Shown here: positions 26,453 through 36,704 of the stretch, piece by piece
Numbering within the stretch: position 1 is the first letter of the stretch
How the letters are laid out: each line of letters starts with the position of its first letter
Assembly (NCBI GenBank): GCA_963727775.1
Contig: CAVSHB010000001.1
Span: 640,001-704,000, forward strand
Length of the DNA stretch: 64,000 bases
DNA from: an uncultured Nitrospiraceae bacterium
Lineage (GTDB): Bacteria > Nitrospirota > Thermodesulfovibrionia > Thermodesulfovibrionales > SM23-35
Reading direction: 5' to 3'
Made by a program: the position numbers and the translations under genes
Notes under the pieces: model-generated
The model's database searches: none
What the model saw: the letters and a program-made list of their open reading frames with translations, nothing else
What the model was told of the DNA's origin: nothing

Positions 26453-26498
26453 AACGGATAGCGAGCGAATATGAAAAACAACCCCCTGTCCTTGCGTC

Positions 26499-27002
26499 CT
26501 ATAACTCCTTAATCAAAACGTCGGCAATCTTCTTGCGCTGAGAAGTTCTGCTTCCGGCACGCGGGTGGCCGATAGCGACAACGGCCATAAGTTCCATTTC
26601 CGGAGGCAATTCGAGAAGCGCCCGAACGTTCTCTGCATTTTTCAGTATCTCTCCCAGCCAGACGGCCCCAAGCCCAAGGGCGTGCGCTGCAAGCAGCATG
26701 TTCTGAATGCACGCCCCCATCGCCTGATGATCTTTGATATCATTGTACATCGCCCCTCTGTCAATGAATACGGCAATACACGCCGGGGCGGACTCAATGA
26801 TCGTCCGGTATTTTGTGAACTCAGCCAGTTTTACACGGGTCTCCCTCTCTATCACAATAACAAAACGCCACGGCTGATTATTCATGCCGGATGGCGCCCA
26901 TGCCCCGGCCTTAATGATCTCCATAAGTTGCTCTCGCTCAACCGGCTGTTCGGTATATTGCCTAACGCTCCGCCGGGTATAAATTCCTTCAAGCAGGTCC
27001 AT
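26499..27002 (-). CDS. Nitroreductase family protein
   Basis: RRSVR, APSGMNNQPW, QNMLLAAHALGLG. Confidence 0.95.
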   Translation of the reverse strand: MDLLEGIYTRRSVRQYTEQPVEREQLMEIIKAGAWAPSGMNNQPWRFVIVIERETRVKLAEFTKYRTIIESAPACIAVFIDRGAMYNDIKDHQAMGACIQNMLLAAHALGLGAVWLGEILKNAENVRALLELPPEMELMAVVAIGHPRAGSRTSQRKKIADVLIKEL

Positions 27003-27051
27003 TTTTTTGCCTCCTATCGAACACAGTGAGCTTTTAAAAAAATTTATTTAG

Positions 27052-27209
27052 CCCAAACTATTCATAAGATTGCCGACAGATACAGTATTTAAGCGGCCTT
27101 AAATTCTTTCAAAGAAAGAATTTGCCTCGGAGGCCCGATTTGTACCGGGTCGAGAATGAGCGCAAATACTGTATTTGTCGGCACCCGCTTATTTTATGAA
27201 TTTAGCAGG
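27052..27209 (-). mobile_element. 158-bp MITE-like structured repeat, copy 2 (inverted)
   Basis: Reverse complement aligns to 18557-18714 with the same length. Confidence 0.85.
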
Positions 27210-27435
27210 TCAGTTTGTTGTCACCGCATTAATGATAATACGTTCTTCTCAAGCATGACAAGAGACTATTCTTACAGGAAGGCGAAACCTTCCATTCACT
27301 CCATCTTCCGTCCCCATAAGAGTTGAAATCTTTAGCGGCTACAACACATAATGTGTTTTACGAGTGTTCGTCTTGTTTTGTAAAAACTGCTTGAGAATTT
27401 TATTTGCAGACTTATTGGATCGCACAAAGGGGGAG

Positions 27436-28974
27436 ATGAAGAGAACCGGAAGAGCGATCTTGTGCGCAGCAGGGGTCATTGTATGGCTGGGTTTCGGAAC
27501 TGTGGCAGGCGAAGAACACCGCCATGACGTGCTTATAGTCGGCGCCGGGATCTCCGGACTTTCGGCTGCCCTGGAGTTGGCGCGCAGCGGCATCGACGTT
27601 GCTGTGATCGAGATGTCGCCCCATTATGGCGGCGCGGCAGTGGTGAGTGATGGACGCATTTGCATCGTTGGCACCCCTGAACAGGAGCAAGCTGGCGTGC
27701 ACGACTCGCCGCAGACCGCCTTTGAGGACTTCATGGAGTTCGGCCGTGACGAGCGCGGTTCCGGTCCCAACGCCGGGTGGGTGCGCTATTATGTGACAGA
27801 GTCTCGCCATGAGATTTACGATTGGCTCACCGGTCTCGGAGTGCGATTCGAGAAGAACGTAGTGCTGATGCCCGGAAATCGTGTTCCGCGCTGGCATAAA
27901 GTCATCGGCGGGGGACTTGGATTCGTGGAGCCTATCTATCACGAATGTGTAAAAACCGGCAATGTAACTTTTTCCTGGGACACCAAGGGTATTTCATTGC
28001 TCCGGGACGGCGACCGCATCATAGGTGTTAGGGCCAAACGACTGCGTGACGGTACGGAAACAGACTATCTTGCCCGGGTCGTGATACTGGCAACCGGCGG
28101 ATTCCAGAACAACATGGAGATGGTCCGTGAGTATTGGCCAAAGGACCTGCCGTTTCCTGAGCGGCTCCTGTTCGGTGGCGGTCCGAATGCGGTCGGATTT
28201 GGCCATGGGATGGCGAAGGCAGCCGGCGCACAACTGCGGAATATGAGTTATCAATGGAACTATTCGAACGGCCTGCCGGATCCGCATGATCTATCAGGCC
28301 GGCGTGGCCTGAACGCCTTTAGCCTGCAGTCGATCTGGGTCAATAAGACAGGCCGGCGTTTCGTAAATGAGTCACAGGACACGAAGACCACTTTCCCTGT
28401 GGTACTCAGGCAACCCGGAAGCATGTATTGGGCCATCTTTGATAGTGCGGCCCGCGGGACCTTTTACGTCTCCGGGTGGAACCACGAGAAGATCGAGAGC
28501 AAGATCTTCGGCAATCCGATCATGAAACCGTTTGTTAAATCGGCACTAACGGTACATGAGCTCGCTACCGCAGCGGGACTTCCTCCGGATGTGATGGAGG
28601 CCACTGTACGCAACTGGAACAAGATGGTAACGGACGGCCGCGATGCTGACTTTGGGCGTATCGGCAGCAGCAAGTCACCCTGGGCACATCCTCAACGGAT
28701 CGAACGGCCACCTTTCTACGTTGTGCAGTTCTTTCCACTAACGCGCAAGAGCATGGGTGGTGTAGCTATTGATCAGTCATGCCGCGTCATCGATATCTTA
28801 GATCGCCCAATTCAGGGCCTGTATGCGGTCGGCGAGCTGACCGGCCTGGCGGGAATCAATGGCAAGGCCTCTCTTGAAGGGACCTTCCTCGGTTCATCCA
28901 TCATCACCGGCCGTGTCGCGGGACGTGCCGTTGCAGCGGAGCTGGCTGCCCGGCCTATCCCACAATCAAAATAG
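27436..28974 (+). CDS. Exported FAD-dependent oxidoreductase (flavocytochrome c/fumarate reductase flavoprotein fold)
   Basis: GAGISG, LATGGF, GRRFVNE, SMGG, GLYAVGE; N-terminal signal. Confidence 0.88.
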   Translation: MKRTGRAILCAAGVIVWLGFGTVAGEEHRHDVLIVGAGISGLSAALELARSGIDVAVIEMSPHYGGAAVVSDGRICIVGTPEQEQAGVHDSPQTAFEDFMEFGRDERGSGPNAGWVRYYVTESRHEIYDWLTGLGVRFEKNVVLMPGNRVPRWHKVIGGGLGFVEPIYHECVKTGNVTFSWDTKGISLLRDGDRIIGVRAKRLRDGTETDYLARVVILATGGFQNNMEMVREYWPKDLPFPERLLFGGGPNAVGFGHGMAKAAGAQLRNMSYQWNYSNGLPDPHDLSGRRGLNAFSLQSIWVNKTGRRFVNESQDTKTTFPVVLRQPGSMYWAIFDSAARGTFYVSGWNHEKIESKIFGNPIMKPFVKSALTVHELATAAGLPPDVMEATVRNWNKMVTDGRDADFGRIGSSKSPWAHPQRIERPPFYVVQFFPLTRKSMGGVAIDQSCRVIDILDRPIQGLYAVGELTGLAGINGKASLEGTFLGSSIITGRVAGRAVAAELAARPIPQSK

Positions 28975-28977
28975 GAA

Positions 28978-29742
28978 TTAAATCTCCACTACATCCAGGT
29001 CATCGATTGAAGTTATCACTGGCTTTTCGAGATCCAGAACTGCAATAGTTCGATTGATTGTATAGGCATAAGAGGTCATCAGCGTCAGACAACGCCTGTC
29101 AAAGATCACATCTCTCATACGGGGCTGGTGAGACCTTACGCAAACGTTTGCGCCGAGTTGCTTCATCACGCGTGTGAAATAATCCCTGCCGTACCTCGGA
29201 CGCTCATCAGGCCCGCTGAGTAATTCTCCGGCCTCTTCGCTGAAATCACCCCAGGTCAGCTGCAACCAGGTCTCACTGCACAACTCGACGTCCTCAACCC
29301 TTCCAAGATCCATTACGTCGGGAGGGACCCCGTGCAGAGCTATCAGACCGTTAGCGGTGACAGCCGCAAATGGGAGAACCTTGCATATCTCCGAATAGTA
29401 ATCGAGTTCACCTTGAGAGAGGCTCTCCCAAAAGTCGGCAGGACCAAATGGAACAGAGCAGAATGCCTCGTGATTGCCCGCAAGCAGATAGACCTGTTTT
29501 GGTGCCTCAACCTTTTTTCTGAGAAGAAACTCGATATTTTCCCGTGATTCGGGGCCACGGTCTACATAATCTCCGAGAAACACGAGAACATATCCGGGGG
29601 TGAAGTAGGTGTCGAAGACTGTCTTTGTGGCATCGAAATCTCCATGCGTATCACCCACAAATACGGCCTTGCCCTCTGATGGAAGCCGGATGAGTCTTCC
29701 ATCATTCGAGATAGCCTGCTTTACTTTTTCAAGAGCGATCAT
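28978..29742 (-). CDS. PPP-family Ser/Thr protein phosphatase (metallophosphoesterase)
   Basis: GDTHG, GDYVDRG, GNHE, HG, RSHQ. Confidence 0.9.
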   Translation of the reverse strand: MIALEKVKQAISNDGRLIRLPSEGKAVFVGDTHGDFDATKTVFDTYFTPGYVLVFLGDYVDRGPESRENIEFLLRKKVEAPKQVYLLAGNHEAFCSVPFGPADFWESLSQGELDYYSEICKVLPFAAVTANGLIALHGVPPDVMDLGRVEDVELCSETWLQLTWGDFSEEAGELLSGPDERPRYGRDYFTRVMKQLGANVCVRSHQPRMRDVIFDRRCLTLMTSYAYTINRTIAVLDLEKPVITSIDDLDVVEI

Positions 29743-31290
29743 CTAATCTTCAAAACGGGTTATCTTAAGAACAGCTCCGGTTTCATTGACCTGTCTGCCG
29801 AATTCCTCGATATATTTTTTCAGTTCAAGTTGCTGTTCTTCCTGAAAAACGAGGAACATACCTATCATGCGATTTTCCCTGCAGAAACAAGGACGCTCAA
29901 TTCCGAGACGTTTGGCGAGTGGGGCGAGCTCCTTCAAAGCCTCTGCAACATTTGCATACCTTGCCGACGGATCTCTCCTGATTGTTCTCATAAAGAAATT
30001 GTGTATTTCAACCGGCAGATTTTCGATAGTTGAACGCGTATCATGAATATCTTCTTCCACATGCCATTTAAGGATATCCCGACCCTCTGTCTGCTGAAAA
30101 GGCTTTTGACCGGTCACCATCTCATACACTGTGATGCCCATAGAATAAATATCGGTGCGCTCGTCAACAGGGGCTCCCCTGATCTGTTCGGGAGATATAT
30201 AGTGCAATGAGCCCGGAAAAAGAAAATTTGTATCAACACTTCCTTTGCGACAGGCAAGACCGAAATCAATTATCTTTACTCTGCCATCGGACTGAACAAA
30301 TATGTTCCTCGGATTTATGTCCTGGTGAATTATGCCCATACTGTGGGCATATTCAAGACCGCTGCATACCTGGAGCGTAATATCCACGATGCGCTGCAGT
30401 GACATTGTGGTCACGTTCTCGATAATATTGTCCAGCGTTGCACCTTCAAGGTATTCCATAATAATGAATACTGTCTTGTAGGCATTTTCGATGTCATAAA
30501 CCTTAACAATGTTCGGATGGTTCATCTTTGCGATTGTCATAGCCTCATTACGGAATAGCTCAATAAAGTCGGGATCCATAGACATCTCATGTGTGAGCAT
30601 TTTTATCACAACCGGCATTTTGAGAATACCGTGCATCCCCGTGAAAACTATGCCCGCTCCGCCGTGGCCGATATTCTCGGTCACGGTATACTTGCCGATC
30701 ATCTTTTCATCGGCCAATTTCGATGTGCTGAGGATATGAGCTACCACCGATGACATGAAACTCTTCAATTCCGGAAAATCCGCAGCCATTTTTTCGAACT
30801 GCTCCCTGCTCATACTCAGCACATCGACATCCGTCTCAGCATGAACATGAGCAGCCGCCGGGCTGCCATCAAACAATGCCGCCGAACCCACAATATCACC
30901 GGTGCTCAGCATTTCCACATCATAAAGGATATCCTCCCTTGCGACATTAACGCCGCAGATTCCCTGAAGGATAAGATGGAAATGATTGAGTGGCTCTCCC
31001 TGCGTGACGATCCTGTCACCCTTAAAGAATCGCCTGTGAGTCATCTTCTTCAGAAATTCATAAGCGATTTCCTGGGGGAGGGAATCAAGCAACCTCGAAC
31101 AGAATTTATATTGCGAAGTCTGCTCCGTCTTTCCTTGAGGCGTCTTAATATCAAGCAGGTAGCAAAAAACTTCCGTATGGGAAAGAATTACATTTTTTAT
31201 GGCTCCGTCATCCGACATTTCTGTATACCTCGTTAATATCTTAATACCAAAATTATTGCAGAATCGGCGAGAAAAAGGAACAGCCTTCAT
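29743..31290 (-). CDS. cNMP-binding-domain Hanks-type Ser/Thr protein kinase (start may be 31218)
   Basis: IVTQGE cNMP fold; GHGGAG, VIK, HQDINPRN, DFG, SPE. Confidence 0.9.
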   Translation of the reverse strand: MKAVPFSRRFCNNFGIKILTRYTEMSDDGAIKNVILSHTEVFCYLLDIKTPQGKTEQTSQYKFCSRLLDSLPQEIAYEFLKKMTHRRFFKGDRIVTQGEPLNHFHLILQGICGVNVAREDILYDVEMLSTGDIVGSAALFDGSPAAAHVHAETDVDVLSMSREQFEKMAADFPELKSFMSSVVAHILSTSKLADEKMIGKYTVTENIGHGGAGIVFTGMHGILKMPVVIKMLTHEMSMDPDFIELFRNEAMTIAKMNHPNIVKVYDIENAYKTVFIIMEYLEGATLDNIIENVTTMSLQRIVDITLQVCSGLEYAHSMGIIHQDINPRNIFVQSDGRVKIIDFGLACRKGSVDTNFLFPGSLHYISPEQIRGAPVDERTDIYSMGITVYEMVTGQKPFQQTEGRDILKWHVEEDIHDTRSTIENLPVEIHNFFMRTIRRDPSARYANVAEALKELAPLAKRLGIERPCFCRENRMIGMFLVFQEEQQLELKKYIEEFGRQVNETGAVLKITRFED

Positions 31291-31435
31291 CTTCTCGCAA
31301 GTACAGATTCGGCTTGAAATTCCATAGATAAGAATATTGTTTTACTAATCGCCCAGGTAATCTGCGTTCTCTGTTTGTTTATCATGTTCCTTTTTTGTTA
31401 TGCTTTTAAAATATTTCGTTTAGAGGGAGAGTTTT

Positions 31436-31975
31436 ATGAAATCAAAAATTGTTGCTTTATTTGTCCTTACAGTCATGCTTTCCGTTATTTCTGTTTGTTA
31501 CGCAACGGATATGTGCTATGAATATATCGAGAAGAAGAAATACGATGATGCTATCAGAGAATGTACACGGCAAATAAACGCGGAGACTGAAGTAGATGAT
31601 ATAGGTATTTCTTATACAAATAGAGGTATCGCCTATGCGGGGAAAGGACAATATGAGCAGGCCATTGATGATTACAATAAAGCTGTAAAGGCAAAACCGA
31701 AATATGAGAAGGCGTACTTCAACCGCGGGAATGCCTATTATACAAAAGGACAATATGAGCAGGCCATTGATGATTATAAAAAAGTCATTGAGCTGAACCC
31801 CAAAAACCCCAATACATATTACAATATGGCTTGTATATATTCCGTTGAAGCCTGCAAATGGTTAAAGAAAAGTGTGGAGAATGGGTTCAAAAATTGGGAC
31901 GGCATTAAGAAAGATAAAGACCTCGACAATATTCGCAATTCTTCCTGCTACAAAGAAATAATAAAGGAAAAGTAA
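31436..31975 (+). CDS. Exported TPR protein
   Basis: Signal peptide; GQYEQAIDDY repeated nearly identically at DNA level. Confidence 0.9.
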   Translation: MKSKIVALFVLTVMLSVISVCYATDMCYEYIEKKKYDDAIRECTRQINAETEVDDIGISYTNRGIAYAGKGQYEQAIDDYNKAVKAKPKYEKAYFNRGNAYYTKGQYEQAIDDYKKVIELNPKNPNTYYNMACIYSVEACKWLKKSVENGFKNWDGIKKDKDLDNIRNSSCYKEIIKEK

Positions 31976-31997
31976 TAAAAAGAGCTCTCCCGCTTAA

Positions 31998-32600
31998 TTA
32001 AATTATATACCCCGCTGTCTCTGCGGGGGGGAAACCGTGAACCCCCTTTTGAAAAGGGGGTTTGGGGGATTATAATGCTGTTACAATGGAACTGGGAAAG
32101 AGGCCTCATGCGGTCTATAAGATTCGATACCATTTGGTGACTGCTGTAAAGTACCGTAAGGTTTTGTTGAATGAGGAAGTTGAGAAATGTATCAGAGAGA
32201 CAATGAGGGGAATTACTGAACGGTACAATATTGTAATCGATGAAATTGGATTTGATGAGGATCATATACATATCTTCTGCGGTGCTCAACCGCAATATAG
32301 CCCGAGTCAGGTGCTGAACGTAATTAAGTCGATAACGGCGAAACGAGTATTCGAAGAATTTCCGAAGATGAAGAAAGTAGAATTGTGGGGTGGAGAATTC
32401 TGGAGTGACGGCAAGGACATAGGAACGGTCGGGGATGCAACAAATGAAGAAGTGATTAAGCGATACATAAGGAATCAGACTTTGGATAAGTCTGAAATAG
32501 AGCGGCGCACAGGTCAGCTAAAACTGTTCAAAATTTAAAGATGCCATCGCTGGTGAGAGTTTTCCGAGATACCCCGCCGTCTCTGCGGCGGGGCGGTTCA
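31998..32600 (+). mobile_element. IS200/IS605-family element, tnpA only
   Basis: Subterminal hairpins ccccgc-tgtctct-gcgggg and ccccgccg-tctctg-cggcgggg; ends TTCA; removal restores a 158-bp MITE (boundary ambiguous by 2 nt). Confidence 0.9.
32086..32538 (+). CDS. tnpA: IS200 HUH transposase
   Basis: YHLV..KYRK, DHIHI (HUH), FWSDG, RYIRNQ. Confidence 0.95.
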   Translation: MELGKRPHAVYKIRYHLVTAVKYRKVLLNEEVEKCIRETMRGITERYNIVIDEIGFDEDHIHIFCGAQPQYSPSQVLNVIKSITAKRVFEEFPKMKKVELWGGEFWSDGKDIGTVGDATNEEVIKRYIRNQTLDKSEIERRTGQLKLFKI

Positions 32601-32749
32601 TTCATAAAACTTCTGGGTGCCGACAAATACAGTATTTGCGCTCATTCTCGGCCCGGTAAAAATCGGGCCTCCGAGGTAAATTCTTTCTTCAAAAGAATTT
32701 AAAACCGCTTAAATACTGCATCTGTCGGTAGTTTTGTGAATAGTGCAGG
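32601..32749 (+). mobile_element. 158-bp MITE copy 3, major part; first 9 bp lie at 31989-31997
   Basis: 9 + 149 = 158 bp; abuts the cfa stop codon. Confidence 0.85.
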
Positions 32750-33868
32750 TTAACGAATCGGGGTATATCCTCCGGGGACGCCGCTTTTGGAAAGTACGAT
32801 CTGCCAAACCTGCTGACACCGGGACCTGAATGAACCGGCGCAGCTTAACAGATAATACTTCCACATCCGGTAAAATCGTTGATCATAAGATTTTGTTAAT
32901 CTGGCCCAATTGGAATTAAAGTTCTTGAACCATGACATTGTAGTGGCGTCATAATCAAAGCCGATGTTGTGGATATCTTCTGCAACGAACAACCCTTCGA
33001 TGGCCGTGACGATCTGTTTCATCGATGGGACAAATGAATTCGGGAAGATATACTTATCGAGCCAGGGGTCGAAATTGATATTTGTGACGTCGTTTACTAT
33101 GGTATGCAGCAGGAACAGGCCGTCATTCTTCAGACAATTATGGACCTTCTCCATATAGGTTCTATAATTCTTATGTCCCACATGCTCAAACATACCGATG
33201 GACACTATATGATCGAATTTTTCGTCCAGGTCCCTGTAATCCTGAAGCCTGATTTCCACAGGCAGCCCCCTGCAAAGCTCCCTGCCGAGGGACGCCTGTT
33301 CTTTCGAGACCGTTATCCCGGTGACTTCAACCTTGCAGTTTTCAGCGGCATATTTTGCAAGGCTCCCCCAACCGCAGCCGATGTCCAGTATCCTGTCGCC
33401 CGGCTTGAGGCCCAATTTCCTGCAGATCAGTGCCAGCTTGGCTTCTTGCGCGTCATCCAGGTTTCCGGAATCCTTCCAGTAAGCGCAACTGTAGACCATC
33501 CTTTTATCGAGCATGGCCTTAAAGAGTTCGTTCCCTTTATCGTAATGTTTTTCTCCTATCTGGAAGGCCTTCGATTTTCTGCCCGGGTTGAGGATTACTT
33601 CACCGAGGACCCGAAAAAGGATGCGCCAGTTCTTTTTGATCTTGTCTTCAGGGCGGGTCGGCAGGATCTTCGCGAAAAAATCATCGAGACGCTCGCATTC
33701 CCACCATCCGTCCATATATGCTTCTCCAAGCCCTAAACTGCCTTCTCTAAGTACCCGCTTATAAAACCGCTCGTCCGTTATCCGTATATCCCAGGGCTTG
33801 TCTCCGTTGATGTTAATGCCTGCCGGGGACAGTATCCCCTGCATGATATCTTTTAATCTGGCTGCCAT
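32750..33868 (-). CDS. cfa: Cyclopropane-fatty-acyl-phospholipid synthase
   Basis: HYDKGN, YSCAYW, LDIGCGWG, GMFEHVG, FYRMWKYYL. Confidence 0.95.
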   Translation of the reverse strand: MAARLKDIMQGILSPAGININGDKPWDIRITDERFYKRVLREGSLGLGEAYMDGWWECERLDDFFAKILPTRPEDKIKKNWRILFRVLGEVILNPGRKSKAFQIGEKHYDKGNELFKAMLDKRMVYSCAYWKDSGNLDDAQEAKLALICRKLGLKPGDRILDIGCGWGSLAKYAAENCKVEVTGITVSKEQASLGRELCRGLPVEIRLQDYRDLDEKFDHIVSIGMFEHVGHKNYRTYMEKVHNCLKNDGLFLLHTIVNDVTNINFDPWLDKYIFPNSFVPSMKQIVTAIEGLFVAEDIHNIGFDYDATTMSWFKNFNSNWARLTKSYDQRFYRMWKYYLLSCAGSFRSRCQQVWQIVLSKSGVPGGYTPIR

Positions 33869-34055
33869 TTTGCCTCAAACATCTTAAATACTGCTCTTTT
33901 TCGATTTTACCACTTTTGGATAAATTTTCAAGGCTGAATGGTTTTACGATTGATTTGTTTTGGTGTTTAAGCGCGGGACAGGACTGATCTATCGTTTAGC
34001 GGTGGGGCTACAATAACTCCATTTGCGAAGGAAAAACAAAAAAGATAATGAACGA

Positions 34056-35609
34056 TTACCGGTCTTTTCTGTTGTACCCGAATCTTTCTTCAAAGACAGG
34101 GGCAATGAGATTGTCGACCGGCGCGTAATCATCGCGGAGAACTACGGAGTATGTTTTCTTCATGAAGTCATTTACCATATTGTCCGGCACTACGGCGGAG
34201 GTAGCCGCACTTTCAAACTTCTCCTTAATGAAGTTCTTAAAATCCATGATGTTCATATCATCCCCGCCGGTGAAAACGATAAAAGTGCTCGTGCCCGTCT
34301 TTTCAAACCAGGGGCTTATTGAGATCAGATGAACATTATTTTCGCCGAAGACCTCTCTCAATGTCCTGATATAGGACGGCAGGAAAGTCCCCTTTTGAAA
34401 ATTGTCGATTATATTTGTCAGCAGTATACCGTGCGGGTTGAGGATATTCCTGATCTGTACTGCAAATTCTTTTGTGGTCAGATGATATGGTATCGAGAGG
34501 TCGTTGTAGGCGTCTATAAAGACGACGTCGTATTTCTCCTTGCAGTTCATCACAAACCAGCGGCCATCGGTGTTGAAAGTGCGTATCTTCGAATTCCGGG
34601 GCAGTCCGAGATATGCATAAGCGATCTTCGTTATCTCAGGGTCTATCTCAACAACATCGAGTTGCGCTTTGGGATAAAAGACCTCCATATACCTCGGGAA
34701 GGTGTATCCTCCTCCCCCGATTGTCAGGCTCCTGAAAGACGCGTCTTTTTCGAACCTCCACTTCAGCAACTCGGAATAGATTTTCTCGTATTGATATTCA
34801 ATATGCAGGGGGTTTTCCAAAGCCACGTAAGAGTGCACCAGGTTGTCCAGTATCATGGCCTCCAGCCGGGTCTTGCCGTCTTTGCTCATGGCCTTCTTCA
34901 GTTTTATCGTGTAATAGTCACTCTCCTTGTAATAATAAGTATCGGAGGTCAACTGTGGTTTAAAGGCCAGACTGTAAGTGCTTGCGATCAAAAGGGAAGG
35001 CAACAGCAGGAGCCCGAAGACAGGCTTTTTTGATCTGAAAAGCGAACCCCATATTATGGCTGTCAAGATCAAAATGCTCCCCATGACCAGAATGATATGT
35101 CTTGTCCCCATCCAGGAGATAAGGAAAAACCCCGCGGCAAAAGTCCCGAGGATTGAACCGAGCGTTGAAACCGCGTATATCTTGCCGACAACATTACCCA
35201 CCCTATCGAGATTCTTAATCGCAAGCTTTACGACAACAGGAGAGATCATCCCGAGAATACAGCTTGGAATAAAAAAAGTAATCGCCGTCATAATCAGGAT
35301 GCGGAGCATGAGGGATGTAGGGAAATGGTATCCAGCAACAATATTCGTCATCGGCGAGATCAATAGAGTGGCAGCACCTGAAACGAGCAAAAGCCATCCA
35401 AGGGTCTTTTTACCGGGGAACCTGTCCGCCAGCTTACCGCCTGAAAATGCGCCGATGCTGATCCCCGCAAGGACAACTCCGATTATACTCGTCCAAGTAT
35501 ACAAAGATACGCCGACAAACGGCGCGAGGATGCGTCCGGCAACGATCTCGATCACCAGGATGCAGAAACTCGCTATAAATGTAATGATATAAGCTGTAAT
35601 AATATTCAT
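34056..35609 (-). CDS. Fused membrane/spermidine-synthase-like protein
   Basis: TM N-terminal region; IGGGG, VVEID, DGR, IDAY, DDYAPVD. Confidence 0.9.
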   Translation of the reverse strand: MNIITAYIITFIASFCILVIEIVAGRILAPFVGVSLYTWTSIIGVVLAGISIGAFSGGKLADRFPGKKTLGWLLLVSGAATLLISPMTNIVAGYHFPTSLMLRILIMTAITFFIPSCILGMISPVVVKLAIKNLDRVGNVVGKIYAVSTLGSILGTFAAGFFLISWMGTRHIILVMGSILILTAIIWGSLFRSKKPVFGLLLLPSLLIASTYSLAFKPQLTSDTYYYKESDYYTIKLKKAMSKDGKTRLEAMILDNLVHSYVALENPLHIEYQYEKIYSELLKWRFEKDASFRSLTIGGGGYTFPRYMEVFYPKAQLDVVEIDPEITKIAYAYLGLPRNSKIRTFNTDGRWFVMNCKEKYDVVFIDAYNDLSIPYHLTTKEFAVQIRNILNPHGILLTNIIDNFQKGTFLPSYIRTLREVFGENNVHLISISPWFEKTGTSTFIVFTGGDDMNIMDFKNFIKEKFESAATSAVVPDNMVNDFMKKTYSVVLRDDYAPVDNLIAPVFEERFGYNRKDR

Positions 35610-35679
35610 GCCCGGTCACCTCAGAAAGAGATCTTTATCGGTACATTGTATCACGATGATTTCGGAAAAATTCAAGTCC

Positions 35680-36123
35680 CGGTTCCCGATTTTTGTTTCA
35701 GTTCTTTTACTCCTTAAACCATATCTGTCCCATGTTATAGGTTCGGCTGCGGGATGGGGAAGGACTGTTGTGCTTTTGCTGACCGGGGTATTTTCAGGAT
35801 TTCTTTCCGGTATGATGGGCGTGGGAGGGGGCACTATTATGGTCCCCGCTATGGTGCTTCTGGCGGGCTTCGGCCAGCATACCGCACAGGGGAGCTCTTT
35901 GCTCGCCATGGTCCCTGCCGGCGCAGTCGGCGCCTTGACCCATAGGCGGCTCGGAAATGTTGATACAAGCCTCCTCACCGGACTTATTCCGGGCATCCTG
36001 ATAGGGACATATCTGGGAGGGAGTCTTGCTCACGAACTTCCGGAGGGAACATTGCGCATAATATTCGCTGCTGTTCTGGTCTGGACCGGGGTCCGTTATC
36101 TTAGGACCAAATCTCCAAAATAA
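35680..36123 (+). pseudogene. C-terminal half of a TauE/SafE (TSUP) transporter
   Basis: SGMMGVGGGTIMVP, QHTAQGSSL; only one of the two usual repeats, no credible start. Confidence 0.7.
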
Positions 36124-36296
36124 AGTACTAACTGGCAGACAATTGCAACTCCTAACACTAACAATTTCGTCTTTTTAAATTACAAATCATAATGCAAGAG
36201 TGCAACTGGAAATTGATGATAATGATAATGTACGATATTATATTGCAACTTTGTTAGCAATAATTATAGTCACCGATTAAACGAAAAGGAGAAAAA

Positions 36297-36704
36297 ATGA
36301 AATTTGCAAACTTAAAATTAGAAGAGATTATGACAAGACGGGCTTTTTCCGCGAGGAAAGATATGCCGGTAAAAGACATAGCTTTTGAAATATTTTATGG
36401 GTTTTTCAGTGGAATGCCGGTAACTGACGATGATGGCAGAGTTATAGGTGTTGTGACTGAGATTGACTTGTTAAAACAGATTCGTCAGGGTAAGGATCTT
36501 GAAAAACTTAAAGCAGATGAAATAATGACGAAGGAGCCGATAACCATTGATATAAATACTCCGTTAGATGAAGTCTTAAATATCATGATCGAGAAAAACA
36601 TAATAAGAATACCGGTAACAGAGAAAGGCCATCTGGTTGGTGTCATTGCGAGGCGTGATATTTTGAGATATTACCTGCAACCGGAATTTTTTGTGCACTC
36701 ATAG
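36297..36704 (+). CDS. CBS-domain pair protein
   Basis: SGMPVTD..GVVTEIDL, RIPVTE..GVIARRD. Confidence 0.92.
   Translation: MKFANLKLEEIMTRRAFSARKDMPVKDIAFEIFYGFFSGMPVTDDDGRVIGVVTEIDLLKQIRQGKDLEKLKADEIMTKEPITIDINTPLDEVLNIMIEKNIIRIPVTEKGHLVGVIARRDILRYYLQPEFFVHS

Noticed and set aside
36218..36236. Fur-box-like GATAATGATAAT
   Set aside because: Only the first 12 of 19 positions match, in an AT-rich region.
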